Shown here piece by piece: positions 40,829-49,712 of a DNA stretch of 64,000 nucleotides. Position numbers and translations under genes: made by a program. Below the pieces are notes generated by a model that saw only the letters and a list, made by a program, of their open reading frames with translations, made no database searches and was not told the origin of the DNA. Numbering within the stretch: the first letter of the stretch is position 1; each line of letters opens with the position of its first letter. Origin of the DNA: an uncultured Alphaproteobacteria bacterium (lineage in GTDB: Bacteria > Pseudomonadota > Alphaproteobacteria > Rhizobiales > Xanthobacteraceae); assembly GCA_963847785.1 (NCBI GenBank), contig CAWKBE010000010.1:66831-130830 (forward strand), given 5' to 3'.

Positions 40829-42826
40829 ATGGACGAAGAACCGCACCGCGACAAAAGACGAGGCGACAAGCCTTGGATTTTCCGGACCTATGCCGGGCAT
40901 TCGACCGCCAAGGCCTCGAATGAGCTTTACCGCAAGAACCTGAGCAAAGGGCAGACCGGTCTCTCGGTCGCCTTCGACCTGCCGACGCAGACCGGATACG
41001 ACGCCGACCATCCGCTCGCCAAGGGCGAGGTCGGCAAGGTCGGCGTGCCAATCTCGCATATCGGCGACATCCGCGTGTTGTTCGACGGCATCCCGCTCGG
41101 CGCGATGAACACGTCGATGACCATCAACGCCACTGCCGCCTGGCTGCTGGCGCTCTATGTCGCGCTTGCCGACGAGCAAGGCGTGCCGCGCACCAAGCTC
41201 AGCGGCACCACCCAAAACGACATCATCAAGGAATATCTGGCACGCGGCACCTATGTGTTCCCGCCGGCGCCATCGATGCGGCTCACCAAGGACGTGATCC
41301 TGTTCACGACCAAGGAGATGCCGAAGTGGAACCCGATTAATGTCTGTTCGTATCACCTTCAGGAGGCGGGCGCGACGCCGGTGCAGGAGCTTGCGTTTGC
41401 GCTCGCCACCGCCATCGGCGTGCTCGACGCGGTGAAGGCCTCGGGCGAATGCGCCGATGAAGAATTCGACGAAGTGGTCGGGCGCATTTCGTTCTTCGTC
41501 AATGCCGGGCTGCGCTTTGTCACCGAAATCTGCAAGCTGCGCGCTTTCACCGAACTGTGGGACGAGATCACCCGGGATCGCTACGGCGTCACCGATCTCA
41601 AGCACCGCCGCTTCCGCTACGGCGTGCAGGTCAACTCGCTCGGCCTGACCGAGCAACAGCCGGAGAACAACGTCGCCCGCATTCTCCTCGAAATGCTCGC
41701 GGTAACGCTGTCGAAGAACGCGCGCGCGCGCGCCGTGCAGCTTCCGGCCTGGAACGAGGCGCTCGGTCTGCCGCGGCCGTGGGACCAGCAATGGTCGCTG
41801 CGCATGCAGCAAATCCTCGCCTACGAGACCGACCTCCTGGAATACGGCGACATCTTCGACGGCTCGCCGGTCATCGCCGCAAAGGTCGCGGAACTGAAAA
41901 AGGCGGCTGAGGAAGAGCTCAAGCAGATCGAGGACATGGGCGGCACCGTCGCCGCCGTCGAATCCGGTTATCTCAAACAGCAGCTCGTCGAATCCAATTC
42001 GCGCCGCGTCGAAGCGATCGAACGCGGCGAGCAGACCGTCGTCGGCGTCAACCGCTTCGTCGAAACCGAGCCGTCGCCGCTGGCGGACGCCGCCGACGCG
42101 GTGCTTACCGTTTCCGCGGACGCCGAGATCGGCCAGATCGCGCGGCTCGACGCCTGGCGCGCCGCGCGCGACAACGAAGCGGTGGCCGCGGCGCTTGCGG
42201 CCCTGCGCCAGGCGGCGCGGACCGGCGACAACATCATGCCGCCGTCGATCGCCTGTGCGAAAGCCGGCGTCACCACCGGCGAGTGGAGTTTTGCGCTGCG
42301 CTCCGCCTTCGGCGAATATCGGGCGTCGACCGGCGTCGGCGCCGCCATGCGTAACGACGCCGAGGGGCTCGACGACATCCGCGCCGAAGTCGATCGCGTT
42401 TCCCGCAAGCTCGGCCGGCGCCTGAAGTTTTTGATCGGCAAGCCCGGACTCGACGGCCATTCCAACGGGGCTGAGCAAATCGCCGCTCGCGCCCGCGACG
42501 CCGGCATGGACGTGGTCTATGACGGCATCCGCCTAACCGCGGAGGCAATCGCCGCCGCGGCGACGGAAAAGAGCGTGCACGTCGTCGGCCTCTCGATCCT
42601 GTCCGGCTCGCACCTGCCGCTGGTCGCGGACGTCATGGCGCGGATGAAGGAGGCCGGCATCGACGACGTGCCCGTCGTCGTCGGCGGCATTATACCGCCG
42701 CAAGATGCCAGCGCCTTGAAGGACGCCGGCGTCGCCGAGGTCTACACACCGAAGGATTTTGAATTGAACCGCATCATCGCCGACGTGGTGCGCATCGTCG
42801 AAGGCGCTGCGCCGAGCCGCGATTGA
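40829..42826 (+). CDS. ecm: ethylmalonyl-CoA mutase (MeaA-type fused B12-dependent acyl-CoA mutase)
   Basis: 665 aa with PWIFRTYAGHSTAKASNELYRKNLSKGQTGLSVAFDLPTQTGYD (MeaA-like rather than Mcm-like RQYAGFS). C-terminal B12 domain GKPGLDGHSNGAEQIA. Close to ccr. Confidence 0.85.
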   Translation: MDEEPHRDKRRGDKPWIFRTYAGHSTAKASNELYRKNLSKGQTGLSVAFDLPTQTGYDADHPLAKGEVGKVGVPISHIGDIRVLFDGIPLGAMNTSMTINATAAWLLALYVALADEQGVPRTKLSGTTQNDIIKEYLARGTYVFPPAPSMRLTKDVILFTTKEMPKWNPINVCSYHLQEAGATPVQELAFALATAIGVLDAVKASGECADEEFDEVVGRISFFVNAGLRFVTEICKLRAFTELWDEITRDRYGVTDLKHRRFRYGVQVNSLGLTEQQPENNVARILLEMLAVTLSKNARARAVQLPAWNEALGLPRPWDQQWSLRMQQILAYETDLLEYGDIFDGSPVIAAKVAELKKAAEEELKQIEDMGGTVAAVESGYLKQQLVESNSRRVEAIERGEQTVVGVNRFVETEPSPLADAADAVLTVSADAEIGQIARLDAWRAARDNEAVAAALAALRQAARTGDNIMPPSIACAKAGVTTGEWSFALRSAFGEYRASTGVGAAMRNDAEGLDDIRAEVDRVSRKLGRRLKFLIGKPGLDGHSNGAEQIAARARDAGMDVVYDGIRLTAEAIAAAATEKSVHVVGLSILSGSHLPLVADVMARMKEAGIDDVPVVVGGIIPPQDASALKDAGVAEVYTPKDFELNRIIADVVRIVEGAAPSRD

Positions 42827-42849
42827 GCTGCTTCCATTGCGCGGCCGGC

Positions 42850-43582
42850 GCGATAGCCGGTTGCGGCCCTTCGCTGAGTTCAGCCGCCAAGTCGCGGTTC
42901 ATGGTCGCTTCGACGTCGCGGACGACGCGAAACGCCTCGAAACCGTCCATGATGCGATGGTTGTAGAAAAATTTGAATCTGCGCGTCTAAGTTCGGCTCG
43001 ACGAGCCCGTAACAGAGGACAAACGAGGCCGGCATCGCCGATTGGGTGATGACGCCGCCGGTCGGAAACGAATTCAGCGCAAAAGGTGCCGGTGCATTTC
43101 GTTCGCGGCCATCCCCACCAATACAGCATCCCGCCCCACAAGAGCCGCCGCACCCAGCACCGGCGGCCGGAAGTAGCGGATAAGCCGCCGAGAACTGTCA
43201 TTTTCCTCGATCGGCACATTCTTGAGCTTGCGCATCACGCGGTCGAGCTCCGCGAGCGATCATTGCTCCGGCGCGGTGATCTGCTCGAAGAACAATGCCT
43301 GCACGCCCTGCCAGGTGCGGCTCGACAACGACCGAGCACACGCATTCGGGTGCTCGTAAAGGCGCGCCAGGGGAAAGGCAGATACGCCGTCCGCAGCTCC
43401 GGCCGGCGCTGGCCGACCAGCGCCAAAGCCTTCATCCACAGCGCACCCCACCCGATAAGCGGCGGACGAACCGCGCGCGCCGCAACGAGCGGCGCCGGGT
43501 TGACCTGCCACGTCGAGCCCACGACGTGCGATTTCTTGCCGAAATGGATAACGTCGTTGATCCACCGCCGATGCAGAGGCAC
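42850..43582 (-). pseudogene. 2-oxoacid dehydrogenase E2/CAT-like acyltransferase-domain gene, degraded
   Basis: MPLHRRWINDVIHFGKKSHVVGSTWQVNPAPL...RRPELRTAYLPFPW (shift near 43375), ARLYEHPN...FFEQITAPEQ-TGA(43260)-SLAELDRVMRKLK. The catalytic-type FFYNHRIMDGFEAFRVVRDVEATMN follows in yet another frame near 42900-43000. Confidence 0.6.
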
Positions 43583-43805
43583 CGACCGGTAAACGCGGCG
43601 GAACTCATCCGATGCTCACGCCGGAGCCGTATTGGGCCTGCACAGTCTCACTCTTGCCGTTGGACGGTTGGCGGATTGTAAGGCATCGCCGCGCGAAGTT
43701 CACCGCCGCGCCGAAATCAGTGAAGCCGTTCGTGCTGACCGAAGACATCGATGCGACCAAGGTGCCGCTATTATTCGAACGCCCCGCGGCGAAAGCGGCC
43801 CCGGG

Positions 43806-45017
43806 CTAACGCATCCCCGCTTTCGATTTCCGCACCACCGTCGCCAGCGATTCGCTCAGCGCACTCGGGCTCAGCGGCTTGCGCAGATAAAAATCCATCC
43901 CCGCCGCGCGCGCGGCATCCTCGTCACCGGCTTCGGTCCGCCCGGAAATGCCGACGATCGCCGTTTGCCCGGAGCCGCCTGCGAGCGCGCGGATTCGGCG
44001 CGTCGTCTCGAGGCCGTCGATCCCGGGAAGCGTCACGTCCATCAGCACCGCATCGTAACCGTGCGTCACCGCCGCGACCGCTTCCTCGCCCGAGCCGGCG
44101 AAATCGGCACGGTGGCCAAGCTCGGTGAGGATCGTGTTGAGAATGACCCGTCCGTAAGCGTTATCCTCGACGCACAGGACCGCGAGGCGCCGCGGCGGAG
44201 CCACCGCGCGCCGCTCCGGCGCGGTGCCGGTAACGTCAGAGGGGGCGATGGAAAACACGGCCGAAAAACGAAACAATGAACCACGGCCGCGCGCGCTGGC
44301 GATGGTAAGGTTGCCGCCCATCAGCGTCGCCAGCGCCTTGGCCACGGCGAGGCCGAGCCCTGTGCCGCCGTAGCGGCGGGCAATATCCGCATTCGCCTGC
44401 GTGAACGGACGGAATAGCCGCTTGATCTCGGTTGGGTTCAGCCCAATGCCGCTGTCGGTAACGGCAAAGACGAGCTTCGCGCGTCCGCGCGGCAGGCGCG
44501 CGGAGCGGACGTCGATCCGCACAGCGCCGCGCTCGGTGAACTTCACCGCATTGTCGATGAGATTCTCCAGTACCGCCCGCAATCGCACCGCGTCGCCGAC
44601 GAGGCGCTCGGGCAAATCCTCCCCCATTGTCACCTCGGCAACAAGGCCCTTCGTTTCCGCGCGCCCGGAAAGCGAATCAGCCAGCAACTCGACAAGACGG
44701 CGTGGAGCGAAAACCTGTTGCCTGAGTTTGAGAGAGCCCGCGTCCGCTTCCACCGCGTCGATCATCAACGTCGTCAGCGCCGCGAGATGCTCGGCGCTGC
44801 CAATGATGCCGGAAGCCCAACGCCGCTCGCGTTCGCCGAGATTGGAGCTGGCCAGAAGTTCGCCGAGCGCAAGGATGCCGGTGAGCGCGGTGCGGATGTC
44901 GTGCGCGTAGGCCACGAGTGACGCTTCGGTCGCCTGCGCGACCGGCGCCCGCCGCCGCGCCCGGCGACGCACCGTCTTCGCCGCGCACTTTTTTTGGCTC
45001 GATTTTAGACGCGCCAT
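43806..45017 (-). CDS. hybrid sensor histidine kinase/response regulator without recognisable input domain
   Basis: HisKA H-box AYAHDIRTALTGI, HATPase N/G boxes (NLIDNAVKFT, DSGIGL, GGTGLGLAV), and a C-terminal receiver (VLCVEDN...LMDVTLPGIDG...KP). Confidence 0.88.
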   Translation of the reverse strand: MARLKSSQKKCAAKTVRRRARRRAPVAQATEASLVAYAHDIRTALTGILALGELLASSNLGERERRWASGIIGSAEHLAALTTLMIDAVEADAGSLKLRQQVFAPRRLVELLADSLSGRAETKGLVAEVTMGEDLPERLVGDAVRLRAVLENLIDNAVKFTERGAVRIDVRSARLPRGRAKLVFAVTDSGIGLNPTEIKRLFRPFTQANADIARRYGGTGLGLAVAKALATLMGGNLTIASARGRGSLFRFSAVFSIAPSDVTGTAPERRAVAPPRRLAVLCVEDNAYGRVILNTILTELGHRADFAGSGEEAVAAVTHGYDAVLMDVTLPGIDGLETTRRIRALAGGSGQTAIVGISGRTEAGDEDAARAAGMDFYLRKPLSPSALSESLATVVRKSKAGMR

Positions 45018-45107
45018 GGCAGCCCCGCCGGCTCAGCATGCCATGCGGATCAAACAAAACAAGCTCGGCATCACGTGTTGGCGCCCCGATCCTCAGCGCC
45101 CGAATCC

Positions 45108-45983
45108 TCAACGCCCAAGCCCAACTATGCGCCTGATATCGGCCGCCGTCGCTCCGGCGGCGCGCAACTCGCGCAAGCTCGTCGCCAAAGTGGATTTCGA
45201 CAGCTTGCGGCCGCCGGCGTCCAGGATGACTTTGTGATGATGGTAGATCGGCTCCGGCAGGCCGAGCAGCGCCTGCAACAGCCGATGAATGCTGGTGGAC
45301 CAGAACAGGTCCTGCCCGCGCACGACCTCGGTCACCCCCTGAAGCGCGTCGTCGATGGCGACCGCGAGGTGATAGCTTGTCGGCAACCCCTTGCGCGCGA
45401 GCACGACGTCGCCCCACAGCTGCGGCGCCGCGGCGACGATGCCGGACTGGCCCTGCGGACCGGTGCCGGTTTCGGTCCAGGTGAGCACGCCGGCGCGCGC
45501 CACTGCGGCGTCCATGGCGAGCCGCAACGCGAAGTGCTCGCCGTCGCGGCGCCGGCGCTCGCGTTCGGCCCGGGGCATTTTGCGTGCGCGGCCCGGATAA
45601 AGCGGAACGCCGTCGGGATCGCGCGGCCGATGCCCCCGCCGATCGTGCTCGGCGGCAAGCGCTCTGATCTCGCTGCGGCTCTCGAAACTCGGATAGATGA
45701 GCCCGGGGGCTTCGAGCTTGGCCACCGCAGATTCGTAGTCGTCGAAATGCTCGCTCTGCCGCCGCACAGCGGGCTGCCAGGAGAGGCCGAGCCATGCGAG
45801 ATCCTGATAGATCGCCGACTCATATTCTGGCCGGCAGCGCGAAGCGTCGATGTCCTCAATTCGCAGCAGAAGCCGTCCGCCGACCTCGCGCGCCATGTCA
45901 TGGTTCAGCAATGCCGAGTAAGAATGGCCGAGGTGCAGATACCCGTTCGGGCTCGGCGCGAAACGAAAGGTGCGCGTGTACAT
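45108..45983 (-). CDS. gluQ: tRNA glutamyl-Q(34) synthetase
   Basis: 291 aa from ATG 45983 with FAPSPNGYLHLGH (HIGH), truncated GluRS catalytic domain, and KLSKS. Confidence 0.88.
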   Translation of the reverse strand: MYTRTFRFAPSPNGYLHLGHSYSALLNHDMAREVGGRLLLRIEDIDASRCRPEYESAIYQDLAWLGLSWQPAVRRQSEHFDDYESAVAKLEAPGLIYPSFESRSEIRALAAEHDRRGHRPRDPDGVPLYPGRARKMPRAERERRRRDGEHFALRLAMDAAVARAGVLTWTETGTGPQGQSGIVAAAPQLWGDVVLARKGLPTSYHLAVAIDDALQGVTEVVRGQDLFWSTSIHRLLQALLGLPEPIYHHHKVILDAGGRKLSKSTLATSLRELRAAGATAADIRRIVGLGR

Positions 45984-46087
45984 CGCCGCTTTGCTTTCAT
46001 GACCGGTAGGATTGACCGATGCGCCGCTTAATCCATCAGCTAAGCTCACGGCACGAGTTTCGCACACCGCCGGCGAGGCAAGCGGAC

Positions 46088-46783
46088 ATGACGAAGCACT
46101 CCCATATCCACACCGAAGCCGATCTCGAGGCCGCGCTCGCTGCGCTCGGCAAAGCCGAGCCGCGGTTTGTCGCACTGACCGCCGAAAACGGACGGCCGCC
46201 GCTGCGGCGACGGCAGGATGGCTTCACCGGTCTCGCCGCCATTATTGTGGCACAGCAGCTTTCGACCGCGAGCGCCAACGCAATCTGGGGACGGCTGGCC
46301 GCCGCCTTCGATCCGTTCAAACCCGCAGCCATCCTGCGCGCGCGGCCGGCGCGGCTGGCGCGGCTCGGCTTGTCGGCACCAAAGATTCGCGCGCTCAAGG
46401 CGATCGCACGGGCCGTAACGCGGGAACAGCTTGCGCTTCACGCCCTCGGCGACCTTGCCCCCGAGGAGGCGCACGCGGCGCTCACTGCCGTGCACGGCAT
46501 CGGCCCGTGGACCGCCGACATTTATCTTTTGTCTTGCCTCGGTCACGCCGATGCGTGGCCGGCCGGCGACCTGGCGCTCCAGGAGGCCGCGCGCGTGGCT
46601 TTCGGGCTGCGCGCAAGGCCGACCGCCAAGGAGATGCAGGCATTGGCTGAGCCATGGCGGCCATGGCGCGCGGTCGCGGCGAGAATTCTGTGGACCTATT
46701 ACCGCACGGCGGCCGAGGCCGCGAAGGCATCGGCAAAACGACCGGCCCGGCCGAAGCCGTCCCCCAAGCCGCGGCGCCGGTAA
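46088..46783 (+). CDS. DNA-3-methyladenine glycosylase II family (HhH-GPD) protein
   Basis: IIVAQQLSTASANAIWGRL, helix-hairpin-helix LTAVHGIGPWTADIYLL, and catalytic WPAGDLAL. Confidence 0.85.
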   Translation: MTKHSHIHTEADLEAALAALGKAEPRFVALTAENGRPPLRRRQDGFTGLAAIIVAQQLSTASANAIWGRLAAAFDPFKPAAILRARPARLARLGLSAPKIRALKAIARAVTREQLALHALGDLAPEEAHAALTAVHGIGPWTADIYLLSCLGHADAWPAGDLALQEAARVAFGLRARPTAKEMQALAEPWRPWRAVAARILWTYYRTAAEAAKASAKRPARPKPSPKPRRR

Positions 46784-46876
46784 GACGAAACGTGATGCAG
46801 AAACCGGAGTTTTTTCTGCTCATGCCCGCCGTGCGATTTTATCCGCTGACATCTTGAGCGCATGCGCGTGCATCCC

Positions 46877-46995
46877 TAGAGCGCAATTGCTTTAGATTGA
46901 ATCGATTGTCGCTCCAACATATTACTGGAACATGATTTTTCGAAAAACCAGTTTCCACCCTCGAATCAAGTCCGGGAGCAGGCTTTTTCGGATCG
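46877..46995. repeat. dispersed intergenic repeat, copy 2
   Basis: About 80 bp near-identical to 4146-4228, followed by a second module (TCGAATCAAGTCCGGGAGCAGGCTTTTTCGGATCG). Confidence 0.85.
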
Positions 46996-47182
46996 GGTTA
47001 CCGCATGGCTCGCTGGCGACTGAACTCATCGTCCCGCAATTGATTGTTGTCACAGTAATGACGCGCACGATCTACTTTCCAGATTAGGGTCGCCAACTCC
47101 ACTTGCAGTAATTCTAAAACCTTAAAGTTGACGCTGCTGATAGGATGCTTGCATTTGTGGCTGGCGGGGGCCGGGGCAAAAG

Positions 47183-47579
47183 ATGTCGCGCAGCTTTTTA
47201 GATACGGTGCTTTCGCGCGCGCCTTGGTTGGCGGCCTCAATCATCGTCATCGCGTCCGCCGCGGCTGACGACATCGTAGTGATAAAGGCACCGGCGATTC
47301 CGTACGGCACGTCCTCCGGCTACGTCGAGGTGCCGCCGATCGAGACGCCGAGGGATTGACGGCGGGGCCCGGCATCAACGGCTCGACCAATCTGTTTCAG
47401 TCGGCGACGGACAATTGCCAAGTCCCGATCTGGAGCAGACCATCGAGGCTTATTACAGCTACGCTCTGACCTCCTCGGTGAAGCTCACCGCGGACTACCA
47501 GCTCATCGTCAATCCCGGCTACGCTAGCGAACGCGGCCCCGTAAATGTTTTCGCCGGCCGCTTCCACGCCGCATTCTGA
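47183..47579 (+). pseudogene. OprB-family carbohydrate porin remnant (signal-peptide stub + C-terminal strand, interior deleted)
   Basis: ATG 47183 MSRSFLDTVLSRAPWLAASIIVIASAAADD... stops at 47357. In a different frame comes the family-typical C-terminus LEQTIEAYYSYALTSSVKLTADYQLIVNPGYASERGPVNVFAGRFHAAF-stop (47577-47579). Confidence 0.6.
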
Positions 47580-47665
47580 CATAGACAGCCGCTCGCCGAC
47601 CCGGCTAAAGCGAAGCGCGCGCATGACGCCCGCGATGAACGACGCCAGGGCGGACGGGAAGATGC

Positions 47666-48340
47666 ATGGCCGCAGAGCTTGACGGTCCGCGGCTTTCGCC
47701 GCAATCGGGGACGGCGCGACAGCTTGTCGTGTTCCTTCACGGCTACGGCGCCGACGGCAACGACCTCATCGAGATCGGCCGGGTCTGGCAACAATTCCTG
47801 CCGCATGCGGCGTTCGTCTCCCCGCACGCTCCCGAGCCGTGCGGGCAGGCGCCGATTGGACGGCAATGGTTCGCACTGACCTTCCGCGATCCCAATGAGC
47901 GCTGGGTCGGCGTGAACCATGCAGCACCCGTGCTGGAACGCTTCATCGACGCGGAGCTCGCCCGTCACCGTTTGCCGCCCTCGGCGCTAGCGCTGGTCGG
48001 CTTCAGCCAGGGCACCATGATGTCCTTGCATGTCGGCCTGCGCCGGGCGGCAGCGCCGGCGGCGATCGTCGGTTATTCGGGGCTGTTGGTGCTGCCGCCC
48101 GACGGCAAGCCGGAAACCTTGGCCGCGGAAATCCGGTCGCGTCCGCCGGTGCTGCTGGTGCACGGCGACCGCGATGAGCTTATTCCGCCGCAGGCGCTGT
48201 TTGCGGCAACGCAAGGGCTCGCGGCACTCGGCGTGCCGGTCGAATGGCACTTGTCCACCGGCGTCGGCCACGGCATCGATCCCGAGGGTCTGCGCCACGG
48301 CGGCGAATTCCTTGCGCGAAGCTTCAAGAACAGCAGCTGA
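47666..48340 (+). CDS. phospholipase/carboxylesterase-family alpha/beta hydrolase
   Basis: VVFLHGYGADGNDL, nucleophile elbow GFSQGTMM, and HGDRDELIP...GHGI triad context. Confidence 0.85.
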   Translation: MAAELDGPRLSPQSGTARQLVVFLHGYGADGNDLIEIGRVWQQFLPHAAFVSPHAPEPCGQAPIGRQWFALTFRDPNERWVGVNHAAPVLERFIDAELARHRLPPSALALVGFSQGTMMSLHVGLRRAAAPAAIVGYSGLLVLPPDGKPETLAAEIRSRPPVLLVHGDRDELIPPQALFAATQGLAALGVPVEWHLSTGVGHGIDPEGLRHGGEFLARSFKNSS

Positions 48341-48364
48341 CGCAATGCCGGCCCGTTGATTGCG

Positions 48365-48684
48365 TCATTTGGCGACCGATATCCGACCCGTCATGTTGGG
48401 GTGGAACTTGCAGTAATAGTCGACCATTCCCCCGGCCGTGAGAACCAAATTCTTGGTGGATCGGCAGGGATCATGACGTCCCAGTCGCCGTTGCGCGCCG
48501 TCGCCGTGTGCGTGACGAAATCCGCATTGACCCATTGGATCGTGTCGCCGACATGAGCCGAAACCTGCGGCGGCGTGAAGGCAAGCTTCTCGATGCTGAC
48601 TCGGATGCCGTCGGCGCGCGTTGGACCCGCAACGATGGCGAGAAGAAGCACGCCGAGCGTTTGGACGGCCAATCTACGGTTCAT
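48365..48684 (-). pseudogene. small blue-copper (cupredoxin, amicyanin/pseudoazurin-like) protein with one frameshift
   Basis: MNRRLAVQTLGVLLLAIVAGPTRADG...GDTIQWVNADFVTHTATARNGDWDVMIPA. After a shift near 48460: STKNLVLTAGGMVDYYCKFHPNMTGRISVAK-stop. His/Cys/His/Met ligands are split across frames. Confidence 0.7.
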
Positions 48685-48692
48685 TACGCGGC

Positions 48693-48905
48693 CTATTTGA
48701 ATTCCGCCACCACGTGATCGGCGTGTTGCTCGTGCCCCTGAAAGATTTTCAGGCCGGTCGTGAGCAAATCCTTGAGCTCCGGATTGCTGGCCGACGGAAT
48801 GAGCGTGTTCTGGAGCGCGCCGTTGACGGTTTTGTGATACGCCACCTCGTTGTCGATGTAGGCCTCGTCGAACGCAGCGCCGCTGAGGCTGGCGGGTTCG
48901 GCGCG
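48693..48905 (-). pseudogene. DUF4142-family protein, C-terminal remnant
   Basis: SLSGAAFDEAYIDNEVAYHKTVNGALQNTLIPSASNPELKDLLTTGLKIFQGHEQHADHVVAEFK-stop. The N-terminal half is missing. Confidence 0.6.
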
Positions 48906-49499
48906 TCACGGCATTCGCCATTTGTTCGCAACGGACGCCGTCGAACGGAAAGGCAGTGGTCAGCACGGGGCCGACTTGCCGTTCAAGGTCGTCGCGCAAC
49001 AACAGCCGCGCGCGATGCAAGCGGGTCTTTACGGTTTCGGGGCGCAAGCTGAGCAGTTGGGCGGTTTCCTCGATGCTCATCTCCTCAACGAGGCGCGCCA
49101 CCAAGACGACACGAAATGGCTCAGGCAGCGCGTCGATCGCGCGTTCGAGTATCCGGTGGATTTGGCGCCGGACCATGGCGCGTTCAGGATCGGGTGGAGC
49201 GGACGAGGTTGGAAACGGAATGATCAGCGCTTGCCTCGTGTACGTCGCTTCGACTCCCAATCCACCCTCGTGCGCCGGCGGCGCAGCCGGCCGAAAGCTT
49301 CATTGATGACGATGCGTGTCAGCCAGGTAGCGAGACGCAACTCGCCACGAAACTCGGCAAGTCGCGTGCGGGCTAGGCGGAACAGCCGGCAGTTGTTCTG
49401 GCGGATAATGGTTCTAACCGCCGCCTCCTCGCCACGCTGTGCCCGGGCGACGAGGTCATCTTCGCCTGCAGGCGCAACCTTGATCTGTTCTTTCGGCAT
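48905..49499 (-). pseudogene. ECF-type sigma-70 factor, degraded (internal deletion in region 2, frameshift near 49255, lost stop)
   Basis: MPKEQIKV...DDLVARAQRGEEAAVRTIIRQNNCRLFRLARTRLAEFRGELRLATWLTRIVINEAFGRLRRR lacks about 25 aa of region 2.1-2.2. Region 4 (LPEPFRVVLVARLVEEMSIEETAQLLSLRPETVKTRLHRAR) is in another frame and reads on into the DUF4142 remnant. Confidence 0.7.
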
Positions 49500-49649
49500 T
49501 TCGAACGCTCATGACACGCGGTCTGCAGTAGATGCCGAGCCATAACGAAGGTTCCCGCAAGGCCGCAGATAGCCAGCGTCCGGCCCCAGGGGGGTCCGCC
49601 CCCTTAGTCTTAAGCCCCGGGACAGGCTTCACAATCCTTATATTCTCCT

Positions 49650-49678
49650 TTGACATCGTTGGATAATTTGCCTATTGT
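49650..49678 (+). promoter_or_regulatory. sigma-70-like promoter upstream of the integrase gene
   Basis: TTGACA (49650-49655), 17-bp spacer, TATTGT (49673-49678); 35 bp upstream of the integrase ATG. Confidence 0.5.
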
Positions 49679-49712
49679 CGCGTCAATTGTTGCATTTTGT
49701 CGCGAGGATCGG

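Noticed and set aside
40775-42478. Long antisense ORFs opposite ecm (567 aa), mcd (30821-32581, 586 aa), argH (17154-18377) and ccr (35667-36533)
   Set aside because: All are mirror-strand ORFs of strongly supported enzymes. They are GC-driven open frames without recognisable motifs.
43600-43806. 65-aa ORF 43612-43809 and 215-aa ORF 43632-44279 on the + strand
   Set aside because: They overlap the histidine-kinase gene antisense or lie in the decayed acyltransferase upstream region, and have no motifs.
12160-49499. All frameshifts as mere sequencing/assembly errors
   Set aside because: Cannot be excluded without reads. However, the lesions include nonsense codons and multi-hundred-bp deletions and avoid every long housekeeping ORF, so genuine pseudogenisation is more likely.
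49500-49650. tRNA/tmRNA gene as integration target at the left junction (also checked 51240-51300)
   Set aside because: No cloverleaf, no GTTCGAATC-type T-loop and no CCA-adjacent acceptor stem could be drawn. TCGATTC at 51263-51269 lacks complementary T-stem arms.
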